Of a stretch of 64,000 nt of DNA, positions 41,261 to 52,075 are shown piece after piece. The position numbers were made by a program, and so were the translations under genes. The notes beneath the pieces were generated by a model. The model ran no database searches, was not told the origin of the DNA, and saw only the letters and a program-made list of their open reading frames with translations. Source of the stretch: Azolla caroliniana (lineage: Eukaryota; Plantae; Polypodiophyta). Every line of letters starts with the position of its first letter. Within the stretch, counting starts at the first letter, position 1. The stretch covers positions 9,424,001 through 9,488,000 of the forward strand of contig JBHGNT010000003.1 in the NCBI GenBank assembly GCA_043228905.1, in the 5' to 3' direction.

Positions 41261-41481
41261 ACATATTTCTCTCTCTCTCTCTCCCCCCCTTTGTACCTAT
41301 TTAACTCCCTTGGGAGGGGGGTGGAGCCATTCTAGGCACCACCCCCCACCCCTCAATGCTTGTCTTGTTCTTCATGATCTCTCACCATCATCATCACACA
41401 TACATTATCAATCTACCATGATTGTTAACCCTATTCCTATCTTTATCATTATCATCATTAACCCTAACCCTAAAACCAATA
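40976..41481. mobile_element. ~506-bp non-coding insertion with a 9-bp TSD (Mutator-like MITE?)
   Basis: TSD GCACCCAAA at 40967-40975 and 41482-41490. GT-rich left arm, CA-rich right arm, central (CT)n. Confidence 0.65.
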
Positions 41482-42644
41482 GCACCCAAAGCGAGAATCA
41501 TGCCAATAGACGAAATGCACATCTTAACCTACGATGTCTTTTTCAGTTCGAACTCAAACACCTCTCGTTGAGGTTAGGAACGTGGGGGCATTCCGAGAAT
41601 TGAACTCGGCACCTCTCGCACCCAAAACAATAATCATGCCACGAGACCAAATGCCCTTATTAACCTACGACTTCGTTTTCAGTTCAAACTCAAACGCCTC
41701 TTGTCGAGGTTAGGAATTATTAACCTAGAACCTCATTTTGAGTTAGAACTCCAACTCAGCCTCTCGTTGAGGTTAGGAACGTGGGGGCATTCTGAGAATT
41801 AAACTTTGGACCTCTCACATGCAAAGTAGGAACCATACCACTAGACCAAATGCCCTTGTTTACCTATGACATCGTTTTCGTTTCAAATTCAAACGCCTCT
41901 TGTTGAGGTTAGGAACGTGGGGGCATTCCAAGAATTGAAATCAAGACCTCTCGCACCCAACACGAGAATCATTCCACTAGACCAAATGCACTTGTTTACA
42001 TACGACTCTGTTTTCAGTTCGAACTAAAACATCTATCATCGAGGTTAGGAACATGGGAGTTTTCCAAGAATTGAACTCAGGACCTCCCGCACACAAAGCG
42101 AGAATCATGCTAGTCGACCAAATGCGCTATTAAACCTACGACTTTGTTTTCAATTCGAACTTGAACGCCTCTCGTCGAGGTTAGGAACGTGGGGGCATAC
42201 CAAGAATGGAACTCCGGACCTCTCGCAGCCAAAGCAAGAATCATGCCTTGTTAACCTACGACTTCGTTTTTAGTTTGAACTCAAATGCCTCTCGTCGAGG
42301 TTAGGAATTATTAACCTACAACTCAAACTCAGTTCGAACTGAAACTTAGCCTCTCGTCGAGGTTAGGAATGTTGGGGCATTCGGAAAATTGAAATCGGGG
42401 CGTCTCGCAGCCAAAGCAAGAATCATGCTAATAGACCAAATGCAGTTGATAAGCTACGAGTTTGTTTTCAGTTCGAACTCAAACACCTCTCGATGAGGTT
42501 AGGACAGTGGGGCCATTCCGAGAATTGAAATCGGGACCTCTCGCATCGAAAGAGAAAATCATTCCACTAGACCAATTGCACTTGTTAACCTCGACTTTGT
42601 TTTTAGTTCCAACTCAAACTACTCTCACCGAGGTTAGGAACGTG

Positions 42645-42716
42645 GGGGCATTCCGAGAATTGAACTCGGGACCTCTCACACCCAAAGCGAGAATCATGCC
42701 ACTAGACCAAATGCCC
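42645..42716 (-). tRNA. trnP: tRNA-Pro(TGG), near-intact
   Basis: Same sequence variant as 13487-13558. Confidence 0.7.
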
Positions 42717-43551
42717 TTGTTAACCTATGACTTCGTTTTAAGTTCGAACTCTGCCTCTCGTCGAAGTTAGTAACATGGGGTTTTGAGAACGAAGTCAAAT
42801 GCCTCTTGTTAAGATGAGCAATTGTTAACCTACTACTTAGTTTTTGAGTTCAAACTCAAACTTAGGCTCTTGTCGAGGTTAGGAACATGGCGATATTCGG
42901 AGAAATGAAATCGGGACCTCTCGCACCCAAAGCGAGAATCATGCCACTAGACCAAATGCCCTTGTTTACCTACACCTTTGTATAGAGTTCGAACTGGAAC
43001 GCCTCTCGTCAACGTTAGGTACGTGGGGGGATTCCGAGAATTGAACTCGGGACCTCTAGCACACAAAGCGAGAACGATGCCACTAGAACCTACTACTTAG
43101 CTTTGAGTTCAAACTCAAACTCAGCCTCTCATCGAGGTTAGGAACATGGGGCCATTCAGAGAATTGAAACCGGGACCTCTCGTACCCAAAGCGAGAATCA
43201 TGCCCCTAGACCAAATCCACTTTAACAACCTACGACTTTATTTTTTAATTGAACTCGAACGCCTGTCGTCGAGGTTAGGAACATGGCGATATTCGGAGAA
43301 ATGAAATCAGAACTTCTCGCACCCAAAGCGAGAACCATGCCACTAGACCAAATGCCCTGTTTACCTATGGCATCGTTTTCAAATCTAACTCGAACACCCG
43401 TCATCGAGGTTCAGAACGTGGGGCCATTTCGAGAACTGAACTTGAGACCCAACGCAACCAAAGAGAAAATCATGCCACTCGAGCAAATTACCTTGTTTAC
43501 CTACGCCTTCATATAGGGTTTGAACTCGAACGCCTTTCGCACACAAAGTGA

Positions 43552-44450
43552 TGACGGGAACTAAACGCTCCTTATGCGCAACGCTCGACCACAACCGAGC
43601 TTAGAATCATACACAATAAAAACAGGAATGAATGCACGACACAGTGAAGAGAAGAGTACACAGGATGTTTACATGGAAAACCCAAACTATCACTATGTTA
43701 CAATGTACAACAGTAAAGCACCGAGGCAACAACCTCGAGCTTTCTATCTTCGCCACAAGCGGCGGTTACAACAGAGGCAATGACCTCTTCCTCTCTCTTT
43801 TTTTATCATAATTACCTTACCCTAGTGGTAAGTTGTTAGCACTACAAGCACTGCGTTGTGGGTTCAAAACCCAACTTCCTCACCTCTCTATTATATACTT
43901 CTTATATATCTCATAATTCACTAGATGCCACTGTGGAATGTAGGGGTTGAACCCATGACCATCTGGTCTCCATTGGGCAACCTTACCAACTGAGCTACAT
44001 CCATCTAGGCTCTTCCTCTCTCTCTCTCTCTCTGTACACAGTTACGCACTCTGATCTTGCACGCACAAGAATGACAACAACTCTCTACATCATAACCAAT
44101 AAGTTTGCCCTAAGTCATATTTATACTAATATGACTTTTTGGCTATTTACAAATATAGCCTCGATGTACTCTCAGAAACATATTTACGAATATGTCTCTT
44201 CATCCGGTGAGCATTCCTCACCGGGCCTGCATCATCCGGCGCTTGCCGGGTACTAGCCATCCAGTTCTCACCGGGTCTTCCGTTTCCGGGTACTCCTCAT
44301 CCGGTTCTCACCGAGTCTGCACCATCTGGCTCTCCGTAGCCGAGTTCTCCTCATCCGGTTCTCACCAGGTCTACACCATCCGGCTCTCCGTAGCCAGGTT
44401 CTCGTCATCCGGTTTCTCTCTTCCCATCCGGAGGGACCTGTCTCCCAACA
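43552..44450 (-). mobile_element. Solo LTR, Copia family, containing a SINE
   Basis: TG..CA termini, TSD AGTGA, homologous to 57380-58127. Confidence 0.92.
43799..44009 (-). mobile_element. tRNA-derived SINE (~211 bp)
   Basis: TSD CTCTTCCTCTCTCT, minus-strand head TAGCTCAGTTGG..GGTTCAACCC and a short A tail. Absent from sister LTRs. Confidence 0.8.
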
Positions 44451-44593
44451 AGTGAGAATCATCCCACTAGACCAAATGTCCTGGTTAACCTACAACTTCA
44501 TTTTTAGTTCAAACTCAAAAGCCTCTCATCAAGGTTAGGAATTACTAACCTAAAACTTCGTTTTGACTTCGAACTCCAACTCAGCCTCTAGTT

Positions 44594-45324
44594 TGTTGGG
44601 AATCCACACTTAGATTCACCTTCTCCACTCGGCCACAACCGAGTAATCGCGGATCAATGCAGCAGAAAATAGGAACCAAACGAAGAAACAAAACGCGAAC
44701 ACAAGGATTAACGTGGAAAACCCAAGATGGGAAAAACCACGGGAGTACAAGACTCCAAACCAACACTATACAAAAGAAGTATACAATGGCGAGCTGCAAG
44801 GCGACGACCTTGAGCTCGCTGTCCTCGCCACAGGCGGCGGAAATACACAGAGGCGTCTACCTCTTCGTCTCTCTCTCTCTCCCGCGATCTATCTCTCTCT
44901 CTCTCTCTCACGGCTGCACTCTCTCTTCACTCCTCTAGAGTGAAAAACAGAAAAATGAGCAACAACACCTGAACTGTTTGCCCTAAGTCATATTTATACA
45001 CATATGACTTTTCGGGCTATTTACAAATATAGCCTCAAGGGCCCTTGGCAAACATATTCACAAATATGTCCCCGCATCCGGATCTCTCTCCGGGTACATT
45101 CATCGTCCGGCTCCGTAGCCGGGTCTTCGCTCTGTCATCCGGCTCCGTAGCCGGGGTCTTCGTCATCCGGCTCCGTAGCCGGGGTCTTCGTCATCCGGCT
45201 CCGTAGCCGGGGCCTTCATCCGGCTTCATGCCGGGTACCCTTCATCCTCCGGTTCCGTAACAGCCTACGGACTTGCCGTCATTCATCTCCGGACATCCCA
45301 TCCGGAGGGACCGAAATCCCAACA
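44594..45324 (-). mobile_element. Solo LTR, Copia family
   Basis: TGTTGGGA..TCCCAACA termini, TSD TAGTT, close to 37057-37661. Confidence 0.93.
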
Positions 45325-46168
45325 TAGTTGAGGTTAGGAATGCAAAGTAGGAACCATGCCACTAGACCAAATGCCCTTATAAACCTACAACTTCAAACGT
45401 TTCTCGTCGAGGTTAGGAACGTGGGGATTTTCCGAGAATTGAACTCTAGACCTCTCGCAAGCAAAGCGAGAAACATACCACTAGACCAAATGCACTTTCT
45501 AACGTATTGGAACGCCTCTCATCTAGGTTTGGTACGTCGGGGCATTCCAAGAATTGAACTCGGGACCTCTCTCAAGCAAAGCGAGAACCATGCCACTAGA
45601 ACAGATCCAATTGTTTATATACAAGTTCGTTTTCAGTTCGACCTCAAAAGCCTCTCGTCGAGGTTAGGAACATGGGTGCATTCCGAAAATTGAAATCGGG
45701 ACCTCACGCATCCAAAGCGAGAATCATTGCACAAGACCGTTAACCCACAATTACGTTTTGCGTTCAAACTCAAACGCCTCTCGTCGAGGTTAGGAATTAT
45801 TAACCTACAACTTCATTTTGACTTCAACCTCCAACTCAGCCTCTAGTTGAGGTTAGGAACGTGGGGGCATTCCGAGAATTAAACTCGGGACCTCTCGAAG
45901 GCAAAGTAGGAACCATCCCACTAGACCAAATACCCTTATTAACCTACGACTTCATTTTCAATTCGAATTCAAATGTCTCTCGTCGAGGTTAGGAACGTGG
46001 GGATTTTCCGAGAATTGAACTCTAGACCTCTCGCAAGCAAAGCGAGAAACATACCACTTGACCAAATGCACATTTTAACATACAACTTTGTTTTCAAATC
46101 GAACTCGAATGCATGTCGTCAAGGTTCGGAACGTGGGGCCATTCCGAGAATTGAATTCGGGACACAAC

Positions 46169-46960
46169 CAAGGCTGTTAGGTATGTTAGGTACGGTACGA
46201 ATACCATATGTATTTAACGTATTAATACCCGTATAGTACCTCCCAATTTAAAAATACGTTAAATATGTCTTCCTAATATGTTAAATACTTATAAAATACG
46301 TATTTTCTGTATAGTACGTTAAATACTTCTAGAATTTGAAATTTATTTACCTTTCTAAATAATATCTATAATATTGTAAAAAACATCTACGTTTACACAA
46401 TTTTGTGATGTACAATATAGTTCTACATCCTAAAATGCATATAAGACATTTGAACATTTCACATCCTAAAATACTTGTCGTAATATGGATGTCGACACTC
46501 CCTTATTCTATAAATCAGTATAAGTGTATATCATGATGTTCTACTTCAAATTGTAATTATTTACAATTATGCCTTCATAGATTGAGGAATCGTCTACAAT
46601 TATCACACTCATGATAGGTTTCTCTTTTCTTCGTTTTCTTCTTCTTCTTCTTCTTCTATCTACTGCAATTATCACACTCAGGACAGGTTTATGTCTTCTT
46701 TTCTCTCTTCGTCTTCTTCTTCATCTTCTTCATCGTTGTCTATTCTATTCTTCTTTCTTCCTTCCTTTGGCTTATTTTTCACTAAAATCTTTTTTTTCTT
46801 TTGCTTTTTGTTAGGGTTTTACTTACATTTTCTTTATAAATATGTATTATACCTGTTTTTTTATAAATACATTAAATATTGTATTGGACAAATGTACATG
46901 ATATTTGACTGAACAACATTGAGGTATAGTAAGTACTATACAAATGAACCATATCCAATT
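46169..46960. mobile_element. AT-rich insertion, possibly an hAT-like MITE
   Basis: It interrupts a tRNA unit. Imperfect inverted ends (CAAGGCTGTTAGGT vs the reverse complement of ACTGAACAACATTG near 46921) and GTACG/AATACG subterminal motifs. No clean TSD. Confidence 0.4.
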
Positions 46961-49900
46961 GTTTGCCTACGACTTCATTTTCAATTCGAACTCTAAAGCC
47001 TCTCGTCGAGGTTAGGAACATGGGGGCATTCCGAAAATTGAAATCGGGACCTCACGCACCAAAAGCGAGAATCATGCCACTAGACCAAATCCAATCGGTA
47101 AGCCATGATTACGTTTTTCATTCGAACCAAATGCCTCTCATCGAAGTTAGGAACGTGAGGGCATTCCGAGAATTGAACTCGGGACCTCTCACACCCAAAG
47201 AGAGGATCGTGCCACTAGACCAAATGCCCTTATTAACCTACTTGTTCATTTTGAATTCGAATTGAGAACATCGTCGAAGTTAGTAACGTGGGGTTTTGAG
47301 TTCGAAGTCAAACGCCTCTCGTTGACATTAGCAATTGTTAACCTACTACTTAGCTTTGATTTCAAACTCAAACTCAACCTTTTGTCGAGTATAGAAATGT
47401 GGGGTCATTCGGAGAATTGAAACCGGGACCTATCGCACCCAAAGCGAGAATCATGCCACTAGACCAAATGCACTTGTTAACCTACAACTTTGTTTTCAAA
47501 TCGAACTCGAATGCCTATCGTCGAGGTTCCGAACGTGGGGCCATTCCAAGAATTGATCTCGGGACCCAACGCAACCAAAGCGAGAATCATGCCACTCGAC
47601 CAAATTACCTTGTTAACCTACGCATGTCATCAAGGTTAGGTATGTGGGGGTATTCTGAGAATTGAAATCGGGACCTCTTGCACCCAAAGCGAGAATCATT
47701 CCACTAGACCAAATGCAATCATTAACCTACGACGTCATTTTGAGTTCGATCTCAAACACCTCTCATCGCGGTTAGGAACGTGGGGGCATTCCCAGAATTG
47801 AACTCAGGACCTCCCGCACCCAAAGTGAGAAACATGCCAGTAGACCAAATGCCCTAATTAACCTACCACTTCGTTTTGAGTTCGAACTCACACTCTCATC
47901 GAAATTAGTAACGTGGGGTTTCAAGTTCTAAGTCAAACGACTCTCCTTGAAATTAGCAATTGTTAACTTACTACTTATCTTTCAGTTCAAACTCAAAGTC
48001 TCGTCAAGGTTAGGAACGTGGGTTTCGGAGAACTGAAATCGGGACCTCTCGCACCCAAAGCGAGAATCATGCCACTAGACCAAATGTATCTGTTAACCTA
48101 CGACTTTGTTTTTTAATCGAACTCGAACACCTGCCGTCGAGGTTCGGAACGTGGGGCCATTCCAAGAATTGAACTCGGGACCCAACGCAACCAAAGCGAG
48201 AATCATGCCACTCGACTAAATTACCTTGTTAACCTACACCTTCGTTTAGAGTTTGAACTCGAACGCCTCTCGCATCTAAAGCGAGAATCATGCCACTAGA
48301 CCAAATGCCCTTGTTAACCTACGACTTCGTTCTCAATTCAAACTCAAACGCCTCTCGTGGAGGTTAGGAATTATTAACAAACAACATCATTTTGAGTTCG
48401 AACTCAAACTTACCCTCTCGTCGAGGTTAGGAACGTGGGGGCATTCGGAGAATTGAAATCGGAACCTCTCGTACCCAAAGCGAGAATTATGCGACTAGAC
48501 CAAATGCCCTTCTTAACATACTACTTTGTTTTGAGGTCGAACTCAAAACTCTCATCTAAATTAGTAACATTGGATTTTTTAGTCCAAAATCAAATGCCTC
48601 TTGTTGACATTAGCAATTGTTAACGTACTACTTAGCTTTGAGTTCGAACTCCAACACCTCTCTTCGAGGTTAGGAACATGGGGGCATTCCAAGAATTGAA
48701 CTCGAGACCTCACTCACCCAAAGCGAGAATCGTGCCACTAGACCAAATGCCCTTCACCACTTTGTTTTGAGTTCGAACTAAAACTCTCATTAAAGTTAGT
48801 AACGAGCAATTTGGAGTTCGAAGTCAAACCCCTCTGTTTGACATTAGTAATTGTTAACCTACTACTTAGCTTTGAGTTCGAAATCAAACTCATCCTCTCG
48901 TTGAGGTTAGGAACGTGGGGCCATTCGTATAATTGAAATCGGGACCTCTCACACCCAAAGCGAGAATCATGCCACTAGACCAAATGCACTTGTTAACCTA
49001 CGACTTTGTTTTCAAATTGAACTGGAACGCCTGTAATCGAGGTTCAGAGCATGGGTCCATGCCGAGAATTGAACTTTGGACCCAACGGAACCAATGGGAG
49101 AATCATGCCACTCAACTAAATTACCTTGTTAACCTATGCCTTCGTATAGAGTTCGAACTCGAATGCCTCTCGTCAAGGTTAGGTACGTGTGGGCATCCCG
49201 AGAATAGGACTCGGGACCTCTCGCACGCAAAGAGAGAACCATGCCACTAGAACAAATGCCCCTGTTTACCTATGACTTCGTTCTCAGTTTGAACTTCGAA
49301 CTCAAAAGCCTCTCGTTGAGGATAGGAACGTGGGGGCATTCCGAGAATTGAAATCGGGACCTCTCAAACCCAAAGCAAGAATCATTCCACTAGACCAAAT
49401 GCAACCGTTAACCTACAATGTTGTTTTGAGTTCGAACTCAAACGCCTCTCTTCGAGGTTAGGAACATGGGGGCATTCTGAGAATAGAACTTGCGACCTCT
49501 CGCACCCAAAGTGAGAATCGATGCAAATAGACCAAATGCACTTGTTCACCTACGACTTCGTTTTGAGTTCGAACTAAGACACCTCTCTTCGAGGTTAAAA
49601 ATGTGGGGGCATTCTAAGATTTGAACTTAGGACCTCTCCCACGCAAAGCAGGAACCATGCCACTAGACCAAATGTCATTGTTTACTTACGACTTTGTTTT
49701 CAGTTCAAACTCAAATGTCTCTCGGCGAGGTTAGGAATGTGGGGTTTTTATAGAATTGAACTCGGCACCTCTTGCATCCAAAGCGAGAAGCATGCCACTA
49801 TACCAAATGCCCTTGTTAACTGATGACTTTGTTTTCAGATCGCATTCAGCCTATCGTCGAGGTGAGGAACGTGGGGGTATTCCGAGAATTGAACTCGGGA

Positions 49901-52075
49901 CCTCACGCACCCAAAGCGAGAATCATGCCACTAGACCAAATGCCCTTCTTCAACTACTACTTGGTTTTGAGTTTGAACTCAGACTCTCGGTAAAGTTAGT
50001 AACGTGGGGTTTTAAGTTCTAAGTCAAATGCCTCTGGTGACATTAGCAATTGTTAACCTACTACTTAGCTTTGAGTTCAAACTCAAACTCAACCACTCGT
50101 CGAGGTTAGGAACGTGGGTCCATTCGGAGAATTTAAATCGGGACCTCTCGCACCCAAAGCGAGAATGATGCCACTAGAACAAATACACTTGTTAACCTAC
50201 GACTTTGTTTTTTAATCGAACTTGAACTCCTGTCGTCAAGGTTTGGAACGTGGGGCATTCCGATTATTGATCTCGAGACCCAACGCAACCAAAGCGAGAA
50301 TCATGCCACTCGACTAAATGATCTTGTTAACCTATGCCTTCGTATAGAGTTCGAACTCGACCGCCTCTCGCACCCAAAGCGAAAGTGGGGGTTAGGAAAG
50401 TGACGACCTCATTTTCAATTCGAATTCAAACGTCTCTCGTCTAGGTTAGGAAAGTGGGGGTTTTCTGAGAATTGAACTCTAGACCTCTCGCACGCAAAGA
50501 GAGAAACATGCCACTAGACAAAATCCCTTGTTTATCTATGACATCGTTTTCAGTTCGAACTCAAAAGCCTCTCGTCAAGGTTAGGAACGTGGGAGCATTC
50601 TAAGAATTGAACACAGGACCTCTCGCACTCAAAGCTAGAATCATGCCACTAGACCAACTGTCCTTATTAACCTAGGACTTCGTTTTATGTTCGAACTCGA
50701 ACACCTCTCGTCGAGGTTAGGAACGTGGGGTTTTGAGTTCGAAGTCAACCATCTCTCGTCAATATTATCAATTGTTAACCTACTACGTAGTTTTGAGTTC
50801 GAAATCTAATTGAGCCTCTTGTCGAGGTTAAGAACATGGGGCATTCGTAGAATTCAAATCAAAAACTCTTGCACCCAAAGCGAGAATCATGCCAATAGAC
50901 CAAATGCACTTGTTCACCTACGACTTTGTTTTCAATTTGAACTCAGACACCTCTCGTCAAGGTTAGAAACGTGGGGTCATTCCAAGAATTGAACTGAGGA
51001 CTTCTCGCACCCAAAGCGAGAATCTTGCCACTTGACCAAATGCCCTTCTTAACCTACTACTTTGTTTTGAGTTAGAACTCAGACTCTGGTCGAAGCTAGT
51101 AACGTGGGTTTTTAAGTTCCAAGTCAAAAGCCTCTCGTCGAGGTTAGGAACGTGGGGCCATTCGGAGAATTGAAATCGGGACCTCTCACACCCAAAGCGA
51201 GAATCATGCCACTAGACCAAATGCACTTGTTAACCTACGACTTTGTTTTCACATCGAACTCTCAAACGCCTTTCGTCGAGGTTCGGAACGTGGGGCCATT
51301 CCGAGAAAAGAACTCAGGACCCAACGCAACCAAAGCGAAAAGCATGCCACTCGACCAAATTACCTTGTTAACCTATCCTTTCGTATAGAGTTCGAACTCG
51401 AACACCTCTCATCAAGGTTAGGTACGTGGGGCATTCCGAGAATTGAACTCAGGACCTCTCGCATGCAAAGCGAGAACCATGCCACTAGAACAAACACCCT
51501 TGTTTACCTTCGACATTGTTCTCAGTTCGAACTCAATAGCCGCTCGTTGAGGTTAGGAACGTGGGGGCATTCCGAGAATTGAAATCGGGACCTCTCGCAC
51601 CCAAAGCAAGAATCATTCCACTAGACAAAATGCAATAGTTATCCTAGGACGTCGTTTTGAGTTCGAACTCAAACGCCTCTCGTCGAGGTTAGGAACATGG
51701 GGGCATTCCGAGAATTGAAATCGGGACCTCTCGCACCCAAATCGAGAATCATGCCACTAGACCAAATACCCATATTATACTACTACTTTGTTTTGAGTTC
51801 GAACTCAGACTCTCATCGAAGTTAGTAACGTGGGGTTTTAAATTTGAAGTCAAACGCCCCTCGTTGACATTAGCAATTCTTAACCTACTACTTAGCTTTG
51901 AGTTCAAACTCAAACTCAGCCTCTCGTCGAGGTTAGGAACATAGGGGCATTCCGAGAATTGAACTTTCGCACGCAAAGCGGGAACCATGCCACTAGACAA
52001 AATGCCCTTGTTTACCTACGAGATCATTTTCTGTGTGAACTCTAACGCCTCTCGTCGAGGTAAGGAACGTGGGGG

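Larger units (their letters stand above)
39612..52075 (-). repeat. tRNA-Pro tandem array, block 4 (more diverged, with higher-order variants and insertions)
   Basis: Same unit, plus tRNA-less spacer multimers. Confidence 0.95.

Noticed and set aside
41208-41285. (CT)n microsatellite and similar GA/CT tracts in LTRs
   Set aside because: Ordinary simple repeats within mobile elements.
13117-52075. CRISPR-like repeat/spacer array
   Set aside because: The spacers are homologous rather than unique, the repeat is a tRNA, there are no cas genes, and the context is eukaryotic.
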